From: an uncultured delta proteobacterium
GTDB lineage: Bacteria; Myxococcota; Myxococcia; Myxococcales; Anaeromyxobacteraceae
Assembly (NCBI GenBank): GCA_963828255.1
Contig: CAWHDZ010000030.1
Coordinates: forward strand, 18,674 to 82,673
DNA length: 64,000 nucleotides
Reading direction: 5' to 3'
Positions 45,426 through 55,035 of this stretch are shown piece by piece (position 1 is the stretch's first letter; each line of letters begins with the position of its first letter). Made by a program: the position numbers and the translations under genes. The notes under the pieces are model-generated. The model was not told the origin of the DNA and did not search any database. It saw only the letters and a list, made by a program, of their open reading frames with translations.

Positions 45426-45576
45426 CGTCGGCGCGCCGCGGCGACGCCCCTCCACCAGGCGCCCGGGGCGCCTCGGCGCGGGCCGCCTCCGCAGCGCCTC
45501 ATCGAAGTCCCCGGTCGGCGCGGCCCCGAGGCGGATGCGTCGCCCTGTCGCCGCGACCACGCGTACCCCGGGGCGC

Positions 45577-45640
45577 GAGGACAAGCGGCGCGGAGACGAG
45601 GCGCACCCCCGGGCGCCGGCCGGCGCTGGACGTCACCCGC
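45577..45640 (-). repeat. partial, diverged copy of the repeat 5' arm (inverted)
   Basis: GAGGACAAGCGGCGCGGAGACGAGGCGCACCCCCGGGCGCCGGCCGGC parallels the plus-strand reading of copy B (GAGGACAAGCGCCGCGGAGAGGGACGCCAACGCGCCGGCGGC). The match is weaker than for A-C. Confidence 0.4.
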
Positions 45641-45674
45641 TGCGCCGGCCGTCCCCCTGGATTACGCTCGTCTC

Positions 45675-46478
45675 ATGCTCCGCCGGACCTTTCAATTGAC
45701 GAGTGGCATCGGCCCGTGGCGCGAGCGCCAGCTCTGGTCGCAGGGCGTCGCCACCTGGGACGACCTGGAGGCACGCCGGGGCGCGGCCACGTCGCGGCTC
45801 GACGGGCGGCTCGTCGAGGCGGTGGCGCGCGCACGGGAGGCGCTGGCCCGGTGCGACGCGGGGACGCTCGCGGCCATGATGCCGTCGCGCGAGCGGTGGA
45901 GGCTCCTCCCCACGTTCGCGGAGGACGCGGCGTTCCTCGACATCGAGACCGACGGCGGCGACACCGTCACCGCGGTGGCCGTGCTCGATCGCTCCGGCCC
46001 GCGCGTCTTCCTGCGCGGCCGCGACCTCGACGACTTCCCCGACGCGAGCCGGGGCTGGAAGCTCCTCGTCACCTTCAACGGCCTCTCCTTCGACGTGCCG
46101 GTGCTCCGACGCGCCTTCCCGGGCTGGCGCCCGCCGCCGGCCCACGTCGACCTGCGCCACCTGTGGGCGCGGCTGGGTCACCGCGGAGGCCTGAAGCTCC
46201 TCGAGGAGGCGCAGGGCATCGGCCGTCCGCAGCACCTGGCCGGCCTGGGGGGCTGGGACGCCGTGCTCCTCTGGCGCCGCCACGAGCAGGGTGACCGCGC
46301 CGCGCTCCGGCTCCTCGTCGAGTACAACCTCCACGACGCCGTGAACCTTCAGGCGCTCGCCGCGCTCGGCTACAACCGGATCGTCGAGCGGCTGGGGCTC
46401 CCGGCCGCTCCGGTTCCCGTCACGCGCCGCGGCGACTGGCTCCTCGACATGTCCCGCCAGCTCCTCGCCCTCGGATGA
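45675..46478 (+). CDS. RNase-H-fold (YprB/COG3359-like) predicted exonuclease
   Basis: ATG at 45675. N-terminal GIGPWRERQLWSQGVATWDDL (HhH-like). FLDIETDG (Exo I-like), TFNGLSFDVPVL (Exo II-like) and YNLHDAVNL (Exo III-like). Confidence 0.75.
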   Translation: MLRRTFQLTSGIGPWRERQLWSQGVATWDDLEARRGAATSRLDGRLVEAVARAREALARCDAGTLAAMMPSRERWRLLPTFAEDAAFLDIETDGGDTVTAVAVLDRSGPRVFLRGRDLDDFPDASRGWKLLVTFNGLSFDVPVLRRAFPGWRPPPAHVDLRHLWARLGHRGGLKLLEEAQGIGRPQHLAGLGGWDAVLLWRRHEQGDRAALRLLVEYNLHDAVNLQALAALGYNRIVERLGLPAAPVPVTRRGDWLLDMSRQLLALG

Positions 46479-47491
46479 ACCCCGCCGCCCCGCTCCTGCT
46501 CGCCGCACTGGCGTCGGCCGCGGAGCCCCCCGCGCCGCCCCAGCCGCGCGACGAGGAGGGGCGCTTCCTCAACCTGGACCCGCGGGAGTCGCACGGGTTC
46601 GGCGACCTCCTCCGCTGGCAGATCCTGGACCGGATCGACGGGACCAAGCGCTCGAGCCCCGACCGGGCTCCCGTGCCCACCGTCGCGCCCGACCGGGAGC
46701 GGCTCCGCGAGCCGCCGGCGCGCGGCGAGGGGGCGCGGATCACCTGGCTCGGCCATGCCAGCTTCCTCGTCCAGCTGGACGGCGTTTCACTGCTCGTGGA
46801 TCCGGTGCTCGGCGACCGGATGGGGCCGGGAGGCGTGGTGGGGCGCAACGTGCCGCCCGCGCTGCGCCCCGAGGAGCTTCCCCGCATCGACCTCTCCCTC
46901 GTCTCCCACGACCACTGGGACCACATGGACGTGCCCACCCTCCGCGCGGTCGGCGCGCCGGTGCTGGCCGGCCTGGAGACGGACGGCCCGCTGGCGCGGG
47001 AGAAGGTGGTCCACAGGGGGCTGCGCTGGTGGCAGTCGGTGAAGTTCCGCGGCGTGACCATCACCTTCGTCCCGGCGCAGCACTTCTCCGGGCGCGGCCT
47101 GGGCAACCGCGACCGCACCCTCTGGGGCGGATGGGTGATCCAGGGTCCGTCCGCGACGCTCTACCACTCCGGCGACACGGCCTACTTCTCCGGCTTCAAG
47201 GAGATCGCGCGCCGCTTCCCGGGGATCGACGTGGCCATGCTCCCCATCGGGGCCTACGACCCGCGCTGGTTCATGGAATCGGTCCACGTGGACCCCGAGC
47301 AGGCGGTGCAGGCCTTCGAGGACCTGGGCGCGCGCACCTTCGTGGCCATGCACTGGGGCACGTTCAAGCAGGCGGACGAGCCGCTCGACGAACCGCCCGT
47401 CCGGCTCGAGGCAGAACGGGTCCGCAGGTCCATCCCCCCGGAACGGATCCTGGTGCTGGCGATCGGCGAGACCCTGGAGGTCCGTCGCTGA
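46475..47491 (+). CDS. secreted MBL-fold hydrolase (NAPE-PLD-like subgroup)
   Basis: The ATG overlaps the upstream TGA. Signal MNPAAPLLLAALASAAEP. Motifs ITWLGHASFLV, SHDHWDHMD and YHSGDTAYF. Confidence 0.8.
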   Translation: MNPAAPLLLAALASAAEPPAPPQPRDEEGRFLNLDPRESHGFGDLLRWQILDRIDGTKRSSPDRAPVPTVAPDRERLREPPARGEGARITWLGHASFLVQLDGVSLLVDPVLGDRMGPGGVVGRNVPPALRPEELPRIDLSLVSHDHWDHMDVPTLRAVGAPVLAGLETDGPLAREKVVHRGLRWWQSVKFRGVTITFVPAQHFSGRGLGNRDRTLWGGWVIQGPSATLYHSGDTAYFSGFKEIARRFPGIDVAMLPIGAYDPRWFMESVHVDPEQAVQAFEDLGARTFVAMHWGTFKQADEPLDEPPVRLEAERVRRSIPPERILVLAIGETLEVRR

Positions 47492-47570
47492 GGTCACGGG
47501 CTCGTCGGCCGCGCCCCAAAAGGGCCGCCCCCCGGGACCCACATTCACCTCCAGCAACGATTCCACCCGG

Positions 47571-49103
47571 GTGATGCGTCGCCGCCGGTTCGTCCGGGGG
47601 GCTACAATCGAAAGACGACCGTCGGCCTTCTCCGGCCGCGCTCGGAGAGGACCCCCCGTGCCCGACGCCCCGCAGCAGCTCCTGGCCGCATCCTTCGAAC
47701 GCACCGTGGGTGATCGGTTGCTGGCCGCCGAGCGGCTCACCGCCTGGCTGCCCGAGATCCTGGGCGGCGCGCTCGAGAACGTGGACCTGGGCTACAGCCC
47801 GGCCACGCGTTCCTTCCTGGTGGTGGCGCGGACCCGGGGGCTCTCCGCCGAGGCCGAGGCCAGGTTTCACTACTGGTGCGCACGGGCCGGTGGGATGCCC
47901 TGGAACCTGACCACGGGCAGGGCCGACGACCGCCGGATGCTCGAGGAGCGGGCCGCCCGCTGCGAGGTCCGGTCGGTGGAGGTCCCGGCCCGCAGCGTCC
48001 CCGACGCCGCCGCCCGGATCGCCAACGTGGCCGGGGCGCCCCCCGACCGCCGGGCCGCCTCCGACGCCCGACCCACCCTCTCCATGGACGCCGGGAGCGC
48101 CGCGTTCGCCGCGGTCACCTGGGACCCCGCCGTCCGCCGCCTCTTCATCCCCGGGGTGAGCGCACCGCCGCTGGGCGACGTGGTGAACGTCCTCCTGCGC
48201 GTCCCCCGCATGGACCGCCCCCTGGAGGCGAGCGCCCGCGTCGTCGAGGTCCGCGACGAGAAGGACGCGGCGCCCGGCAAGGCGGCCGGGTTCGGCCTCT
48301 CCTTCGAGGAGCTCCCGCCCATCCTGGCTGCGGCGCTGGCCACCCACGCCACGAGCATCCACGACCCGGGCGTGAACTTGCGCATCGCGCCCCGCTACAC
48401 CGTGAATGCGCCGGTCAAGGTCAAGCCGGACGAGGGGCTCACCGCGCGCCTCGAGTACGCCAGGCCGGAGGAGTTCGCCGCCGACTACGTGGAGAACCTG
48501 TCGCAGGGAGGCGCTTTCGTCCGGACCAGCTCGGTCCTGCCCGAGGGGACGAAGCTCACCCTGGACATGCGGCTCCCCGGCGGCACCCAGCTCCGCGCCC
48601 CGGCGACGGTGATGTTCCGCAACCCCCGCGGCATGGGGGTGAAGATCGAGCTCGACGAGGACGGCCGGCAGAAGCTCGCGGCGGTCCTGGCCCGCATCGC
48701 GGCGCGGCCGCGCCGGGCCCTGGTGGTGGACGACGACGCGCTCATCCTGCGCGCCCTCACCGACTCGCTGCAGGCCCGCGGCTTCGAGGTGCTCACGGCC
48801 AGGGACGGGCAGGAGGGGTTGCAGGTCGTCGCCGACGAGCTGCTCACGCTCGACCTGCTCGTCACCGACGTCCGCATGCCGGTCATGGACGGAGAGAGAT
48901 TCGTGCGCACCATCCGCGGCGCGGGCGGCGAGTCGGAGCTCGCCATCGTGGTCATCGCCGGGACGCTCGACGAGGCCCTGGAGAGGCGCATGGAGACGGC
49001 CGGCGCGGACGCCGTCCTCGACAAGGCCCTCGGCCCGGAGGACCTCGCCGCCGCAGCCGACGCCGCTCTGGAACGCAAGCGGCTCGTCGTGCCCCCCTCG
49101 TAG
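47571..49103 (+). CDS. PilZ-domain / response-regulator receiver protein
   Basis: PilZ motifs RIAPRYTV and ENLSQGGAFV. C-terminal REC domain (ALVVDDDALILR, LLVTDVRMPVMDG, VLDKAL). A second PilZ-like barrel may lie upstream. The start is uncertain; a GTG at about 47659 is also possible. Confidence 0.75.
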   Translation: MMRRRRFVRGATIERRPSAFSGRARRGPPVPDAPQQLLAASFERTVGDRLLAAERLTAWLPEILGGALENVDLGYSPATRSFLVVARTRGLSAEAEARFHYWCARAGGMPWNLTTGRADDRRMLEERAARCEVRSVEVPARSVPDAAARIANVAGAPPDRRAASDARPTLSMDAGSAAFAAVTWDPAVRRLFIPGVSAPPLGDVVNVLLRVPRMDRPLEASARVVEVRDEKDAAPGKAAGFGLSFEELPPILAAALATHATSIHDPGVNLRIAPRYTVNAPVKVKPDEGLTARLEYARPEEFAADYVENLSQGGAFVRTSSVLPEGTKLTLDMRLPGGTQLRAPATVMFRNPRGMGVKIELDEDGRQKLAAVLARIAARPRRALVVDDDALILRALTDSLQARGFEVLTARDGQEGLQVVADELLTLDLLVTDVRMPVMDGERFVRTIRGAGGESELAIVVIAGTLDEALERRMETAGADAVLDKALGPEDLAAAADAALERKRLVVPPS

Positions 49104-49136
49104 CGCCAAGCGGCCGCCGGGGCCCAAGCCAGCGGG

Positions 49137-51007
49137 TCACGGGCTGCAGGTTCCCGCGACGTCGATCGTGCCCGCCACGCCGGAGAGCCCGTCGCTTGCG
49201 CTCACCGAGAGTGCGCCGGCGGGCAGCCACGCTCCACAGGTCCAGCTGTTGCCGCACATGGTGAGGACCGGTTCGCAGGCCGCTCCCGCACAGGTCGCGG
49301 CCACCGCCGCCGCCGAGAGGCACCCGCCCGTCGCCGCCGTGGTGAGGTCGAGCGGGTCGCCGTCGTCGTCCACCACGACGGCGGTCGCCACCGAGGTCTG
49401 GACGAACCGCACCTCGTACTCGACGCAGGTCCCCCGCGGCAGCCCCTCGGTGCAGCAGATGGTCCGGTCGGGAACGCAGGGCATCATCAGCGAGATGCCT
49501 TGGGCGGCGAGGTGCGGGGGGCGGTTGCGGATCTCGAGGCGTGTCTCCTGGGACGGGCCGGCCACGAACGGGTCGGCCGCCGTCGCCGCCAGGGTGTGGA
49601 CGCCGACGAGCTTGCCGGGGTCTGGACGCCCGGTGAACGGCGTGCTGCAGGTGACCCAGGCCGTGCCCTGCCGCTCCACCACCTCGGTGCAGGCCGGGTC
49701 GCCTCCGACCGAGGGGAGCAGCGGGTCGCCGTCGTCGTCCACCCAGGTGGAGAGCGCAGCCTGGGCCGCGTAACGCTGGAACGGGTCCTCGTACCCGTGG
49801 TCCACCGACACGGTCGCCACGGCGACGGCGAGGCGCGGGGGGCGGTTCGTCACCTCCACGTCCCAGCCGGCCGAGGCGCGGGCGCCGTTCGCGTCTGCGA
49901 CGATCAGTTCCACCCTTCGTGAAACACCTGGGCCGATGAGGAGCCCGGCGTCCGACGGCTTCGCGAAGGGCACGACCACGGTGACGCGCGCGTGGTCGCC
50001 GAGCCCCTGCACGTCGAGGACGCTCCCGCCGTCGCCAGAGCGGCTGGAGGTGAACCCCAGCGGGGTCACCGGGTCCCCGTCCGGGTCGCTCCAGGTGGCG
50101 ACGGGGGTTTCGCCGGTGGCCACGAACCGGGCCGAGGCTGCGTCGTAGCCGTGCGGCAGGAGGACCCGGCCGCCTCCCGAGAGGACCGGCGGGCGGTTCC
50201 CCACGTCCACCCGCTGACGCCCGACCGCCACCATGCCGCGGGAGTCGGTCGCAGCCACCACGAATGTGTACCGGCCGGAGATGGCCGTTCCCGAGGTCTC
50301 GATCCGGACGGCCGGCTCGGCCGAGGTGTCGTCGGGGGAGAAGGTGATCCGCGGGACTGGCTGCTGCGCCAGTTCCGGGGGAGCTCGACCGTCCAGCGGT
50401 AGGTGAAGGTGACGCCGGACGGGCCGGAGCCCGCGGCCGCGAGCCCCACCTCCGCCGAGACTCCGTCCCAGGGGGTGCAGGAGATTGGCGTTCCACCGCA
50501 GCGGTGCCCGGTCGAGCCGTCGAGCCCGGCGGTGAGGAGCGGAGGGTCGAGGGTGGGCTCGACGCGCAGCCGGAGCGTCCGCACCGCGCTCGGGAGCCCC
50601 ATCGAATCCACGACGCCGAGGGAGATCTCGTGATCGCCGGCGCAGGGGAAGACCACCGAGAAGTCGGCGCTGGCGCCCGTGCCCGGGAGCGGTTCGCAGC
50701 CGGTGGAGCCGGCCGGCGGCGTGGCCTTCCAGGACCAGGCGGCGATGCTGTCACCCGGGTCGTCGTCCTGGCTGCCCGTTCCGCGGAAGAGGAGCGGCCG
50801 GTTCGAGCCCGCCGTGGAGGGGGGATCGATCACGGCGACGGGGGGCGCGTTGGCGACGCAGCTCCCCGATCGGCACCAGGAACCGGAAGGGCAGGGAGTG
50901 GAGGCCGAGCAGGCCGCCGGGGAGGGCAGATCACCGCACCCCGCCAGGACGAGCGCGAACGTCACGAACACGAGAGGGGCGCGCAGTCGCGCCAGGCAGG
51001 TGCCCAC
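49137..51007 (-). pseudogene. large Ig-repeat (PKD / He_PIG-like) lipoprotein interrupted by a 1-nt frame break
   Basis: GTG at 51007. Lipobox FALVLAGC|GD. The 5' part is in the frame of ORF 50066..51520 and the 3' part in the frame of ORF 49137..50261. The frames join within one PKD-like domain at the G5 run at 50377-50381 (…VTFTYRWTVELP|PELAQQPVPRITFSPDD…GRYTFVVAATDSRG). Confidence 0.7.
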
Positions 51008-51256
51008 TGGGTACCCCTTTTGGAGGTGTAGGAGGAAGTGTTTAGTATGGAGCCGACGCCGCGTCACGGCCGACAGATGCGAAAGCCATTCCGAGCCATT
51101 TCCCCGATGCGGACAGGGGACGACCCGGTCGCCCCCGTGCGAGGCGCGGACTTCGGGTCCGCGGTGCGGACGGTCGAGGCGCCGGACCGGCCCGGAACCG
51201 GGGCCAGTCCCGATCGCACGCCGATTGCATCCGGTATCGGCGGGAATCGCACTGGA

Positions 51257-52246
51257 ATGCTCGGGACCGTCCTCGCCCTGCTCCTCGCCACGTCGGCGGC
51301 AGCCGCCGCGCCGCCACCTGTCCCCTCGCCGTTCCCCGACCTCGAGGCCGCCCACGTGGCCGCCGAGGCGGCGGTCCGTTCCGGGGACTACCGCTCCGCC
51401 GCGGCCCGATACCGCGACGTCCTGGCCGACCTCGAATCGCGCCGGGCCGTGGACGCGCCCGAGGCCGAGTGGACGCGAACGCTCCTGAAGCTCGCCGTCG
51501 TCGAGTCCACGCTCGGTCACGCGGAAGCCTCCCGCACCGCCATGGAGCGGGTCCTCGCGCTCGACCCCGCCTTCCGGCTCGATCCCGAGCTCTTCTCGCC
51601 GGCCTTCCGGCGCGAGTTCGAGGCGGCCCGCGGCCGGGTCGCGCTGCGGCCGCGCTTCCGCCTCCTCGTGACGACGCGCGACGGCTCGGGACAGGGGTAC
51701 GTTCAGGGGCGGCCGCTCGGCCCGGTGCCGGTGGAGGCCCGGCTCCCGGCCGGAAGCTACCGGGTGGGCGTCCAGGCCGGGAGCGAGGTGCGCACCCTCA
51801 CGGTGGATCTCGCGCGCGACGAGACCGTGATCGTGGACGCCACCGTTCCACCCCCCACCTTGGCAGGAGCAGCTGCGCCGAAGGCTCCTCCCGTGACGCC
51901 GGTCGCCGCGGAGCCATCCCCGGCCGACGGGTGGGTGCGCCCGGCTGCCTGGGCCACCACCGGGCTCGCGGTGGCGGCGGCGGGAATCGCCACCTGGCAG
52001 GGGATCGCGGCGGCCGGGTCCTACGCGGACGCGACCGGGATGCTCCAGCCCGACGGTTCGCTCAAGCCGGGAGTCGATCCGGCCGCCTACGCAGCCGCGG
52101 CCTCCGCCTACCAGTCGGAACGTCGCAACGCCTGGATCGCCGGGGGGAGCGCGCTCGTCCTCGGAGTGGGGGCCACGGTGCTGTGGCTGCTCGTCCCGTC
52201 GTCAGCGGTGGAACCCGCTCCGGGGGGGCTGGCCGTCCGCTTCTAG
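51257..52246 (+). CDS. membrane-anchored protein with TPR-like and PEGA-like regions
   Basis: ATG at 51257. Signal MLGTVLALLLATSAAAAA and a helical region. Beta-sandwich-like EARLPAGSYRVGVQAGSEVRTLTVDL (PEGA-type pattern). Two C-terminal TM segments. Confidence 0.6.
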   Translation: MLGTVLALLLATSAAAAAPPPVPSPFPDLEAAHVAAEAAVRSGDYRSAAARYRDVLADLESRRAVDAPEAEWTRTLLKLAVVESTLGHAEASRTAMERVLALDPAFRLDPELFSPAFRREFEAARGRVALRPRFRLLVTTRDGSGQGYVQGRPLGPVPVEARLPAGSYRVGVQAGSEVRTLTVDLARDETVIVDATVPPPTLAGAAAPKAPPVTPVAAEPSPADGWVRPAAWATTGLAVAAAGIATWQGIAAAGSYADATGMLQPDGSLKPGVDPAAYAAAASAYQSERRNAWIAGGSALVLGVGATVLWLLVPSSAVEPAPGGLAVRF

Positions 52247-53536
52247 CCGGGGCATCGCCGACGCCGGGGGGAGGGCCCCCTTCGCGGCAGCGAGCCCCTC
52301 CTCGAGAACCCGGGACAGCTCAGGCCCGAGGTAGGTTCTCTTCGCCTCGCCGGCGCGGGCCCGGACTCCCTCCGCGGTCTCCACGTACCCGACGTAGTCG
52401 CCGACGAGCGACACCACCTCGGCGCCCGGGCCGAGCGCGCTGCGCCAGGCGCTCCCCACGGCCTCGCCCGGCTCGGCGGGAACCGCGAGGAGCGTGGCCG
52501 GTCCGATCCGCAGCGCGACGACGCCGGTCCGCTCGGGCAGCCAGTTCCAGAGGAGGTTCGAGAGAAGACGGTCCAGGAAGGGTGGAACCGCTCCGAACGA
52601 CGGAGCCGGCAGGGAGACCTCCGCCGCGGCGGCCGCCAGCTCCGGCATTGCGTCACCTGGAGGGAAGGGGAGCCTCCGGACCTCGTCGGCGACGAGCCGT
52701 CCGTAGGCCAGCTGGGGTGGACCGCCCTGCGGAGCCGGGAGCACCCAGGTCTGGTCCCCCACCGCGCCTTGCATGAAGACCGTCACGCCGGAAAGTTCCC
52801 GGGCCAGCACACCCGGCCACTCGCCGGAGAGGAGCCGGTTCCGGCTCGCGCGCGTCGTGGCGTGGGCGGGGAAGACGACCAGCTGCCCCACCACCTCCCC
52901 GCCGGGGCGCTCGACACGGACGACGAGCAGGTGCCCACCGGCCGCTCCCCCGTCCCGGTTGCGGACGAGATCCTCCCGCCGGGAGCTGGCCACCGCGATC
53001 TTCGCCGGGGCCCTCGCCGCCCAGGCCGCGCGGATCGCGCCGGCGATGCTCCCTGCCAGCGCGTCCTCGGTCGCCGGGTCGTACGGGCCCGTGCCGAATC
53101 GGGCGCCGAGCAGGTCGTCCCAGAAGCCGCCCGGGCCGGAGTGGGTGTGGGTCGCGGCCAGGAGGATCGCGTCGAGCCGGAGGTCGCCGAGCCGGGCCTC
53201 GACCTTGCGGCGCAGCGCCGCCGGGACGAGCAGGACGTCCACCGACGCGATCGCGACCGAGAGGCCGGGCTCGCCGAGGACGATGGCCCGGGCCATGGGC
53301 TCGTCCTCCACCCCCTCGCTCGCGTAACGGAAGCGCGGATAGCCCCCGATCGGGATCCCCGGGGGGGTGGGGAGGGGGACGGCGGCGGCGCCGGCCGAGA
53401 GCGGTCCCGCCCCGCGGGCAGCCCACGCCACGCGCGGCGCTTCCGGTTCCCGTGACCCGCGAACCGGAAAAATGGCGAGAATCAGGAGGGTTGCGCCGAT
53501 GGCGGCCAAGGTCCACGCGGTGAGCCTTTTCAGCAC
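52202..53536 (-). CDS. neutral/alkaline ceramidase N-terminal-domain family protein
   Basis: GTG at 53536. N-terminal [40 protein letters not shown] fits the family signature as I remember it. The 3' end overlaps the convergent gene by 45 nt. Confidence 0.65.
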   Translation of the reverse strand: MLKRLTAWTLAAIGATLLILAIFPVRGSREPEAPRVAWAARGAGPLSAGAAAVPLPTPPGIPIGGYPRFRYASEGVEDEPMARAIVLGEPGLSVAIASVDVLLVPAALRRKVEARLGDLRLDAILLAATHTHSGPGGFWDDLLGARFGTGPYDPATEDALAGSIAGAIRAAWAARAPAKIAVASSRREDLVRNRDGGAAGGHLLVVRVERPGGEVVGQLVVFPAHATTRASRNRLLSGEWPGVLARELSGVTVFMQGAVGDQTWVLPAPQGGPPQLAYGRLVADEVRRLPFPPGDAMPELAAAAAEVSLPAPSFGAVPPFLDRLLSNLLWNWLPERTGVVALRIGPATLLAVPAEPGEAVGSAWRSALGPGAEVVSLVGDYVGYVETAEGVRARAGEAKRTYLGPELSRVLEEGLAAAKGALPPASAMPRLEADGQPPRSGFHR

Positions 53537-53560
53537 CCAACCGTTATACTGCGGCGCCTC

Positions 53561-55015
53561 ATGGGATACGACGCAGCGTTCGACAAGCTCAAGGACGAGT
53601 GCGGGGTCTTCGGGATCTGGGCGCTCGGGGGCGACCTCGACGCCGCCAACTTCACCTACCTCGGCCTTCACGCGCTCCAGCACCGGGGCCAGGAGTCGGC
53701 CGGCATCGTGGCCACGGACGGCAAGACCCTGCACGTGCACCGGGGCATGGGGCTCGTCGCCGACATCTTCACCGCCCCGGTCCTCGAGACGCTGAAGGGC
53801 GGGGCGGCCATCGGCCACGTCCGCTACTCGACCGCGGGCGCGAGTCATCTGAAAAACGCCCAGCCCATCGCCATCCAGTACTCCGGTGGCGCCCTCGCCC
53901 TGGCCCACAACGGCAACCTGGTCAACGCCGAGCAGTTGCGCAACGACCTCGAGGCGGCCGGCTCCATCTTCCAGACCACGAGCGACACCGAGGTCCTGGT
54001 CCACCTCATGGCCCGGGCCCGCACCGAGCACCGCCCGGGGACGCGGGAGCACCTGCTGGCCGCGCTTCGCCAGGCCCTCGGGAAGGTGCAGGGGGCCTAC
54101 AGCCTGGTGCTCCTCACCGAGAAGGCGCTCGTCGGGGTCCGCGACCCCATGGGCTTCCGCCCGCTCGTCATCGGGAGGCTGAAGGGCAGCTACGTGCTGG
54201 CCAGCGAGACCACCGCGCTCGACCTCATCGAGGCCGAGTACATCCGCGAGGTCGAGCCGGGCGAGCTGGTGGTCATCGACGAGACCGGCTTCCACGCCGA
54301 GCGGCTCTTCACCACCCCCGCCCCGGAGCGGAGCGGTCGATGCGTCTTCGAGCACATCTACTTCGCGCGCCCCGACTCGGTGCTCTTCGGAAGGTCGGTC
54401 TACGCCACCCGCGACGCCTTCGGGGCCCGCCTCGCCGCCGAGCAGCCCGCCGATGCCGACCTGGTCATCCCGGTGCCCGACTCGGGCGTGCCGGCCGCCA
54501 TCGGCTACTCCAAGGCGAGCGGCATCCCATTCGCCATGGGGCTGGTCCGCTCCCACTACGTGGGGCGCACCTTCATCGAGCCGGCCCAGTCCATCCGCCA
54601 CTTCGGCGTGAAGCTGAAGCTGAACGCCGTGAAGGACATGCTGAAGGGCAAGCGGCTCGTCGTGGTGGACGATTCGGTGGTGCGCGGCACCACCTCCCGC
54701 AAGATCGTGAAGATGCTGCGCAACGCCGGGGCCACCGAGGTGCACATGCGCATCTCGTCGCCGCCCACCGCCTGGCCCTGCTACTACGGCATCGACACGC
54801 CCAACCGGCAGGAACTCATCGCCAGCTCGCACAGCGTCGAGGAGATCGCCCGCTACATCACCGCCGACTCGCTCGGCTACCTGTCACCCGACGGGCTCTA
54901 CGCGGCGCTCGGCGAGGACCGGTCGCGCTACTGCGACGCCTGCTTCTCCGGCGACTACCTGATCGAGTTCCCCAAGTCGAGGCCGCAGGCCCCGCTCCGG
55001 CTCGTGGGGGCGTGA
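53561..55015 (+). CDS. purF: amidophosphoribosyltransferase
   Basis: Propeptide plus catalytic Cys (DECGVFGIW). [15 protein letters not shown] loop [13 protein letters not shown]-terminal Fe-S cysteines ([17 protein letters not shown]). Confidence 0.96.
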   Translation: MGYDAAFDKLKDECGVFGIWALGGDLDAANFTYLGLHALQHRGQESAGIVATDGKTLHVHRGMGLVADIFTAPVLETLKGGAAIGHVRYSTAGASHLKNAQPIAIQYSGGALALAHNGNLVNAEQLRNDLEAAGSIFQTTSDTEVLVHLMARARTEHRPGTREHLLAALRQALGKVQGAYSLVLLTEKALVGVRDPMGFRPLVIGRLKGSYVLASETTALDLIEAEYIREVEPGELVVIDETGFHAERLFTTPAPERSGRCVFEHIYFARPDSVLFGRSVYATRDAFGARLAAEQPADADLVIPVPDSGVPAAIGYSKASGIPFAMGLVRSHYVGRTFIEPAQSIRHFGVKLKLNAVKDMLKGKRLVVVDDSVVRGTTSRKIVKMLRNAGATEVHMRISSPPTAWPCYYGIDTPNRQELIASSHSVEEIARYITADSLGYLSPDGLYAALGEDRSRYCDACFSGDYLIEFPKSRPQAPLRLVGA

Positions 55016-55035
55016 GGCCGGACCGTCCGTGCGGG

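Noticed and set aside
45426-45576. Search for a small membrane-peptide ORF between repeat copies C and D, analogous to the one between A and B.
   Set aside because: Translations on both strands give only Arg/Pro/Gly-rich sequence, with no TM-like frame.
43319-47491. Declaring the helicase / exonuclease / MBL trio a new anti-phage or repair system.
   Set aside because: This rests only on adjacency within one window. The genes are split by a 484-bp spacer, the MBL protein is predicted to be exported, and the helicase family also has housekeeping members. It is kept as a hypothesis with a moderate score rather than a claim.
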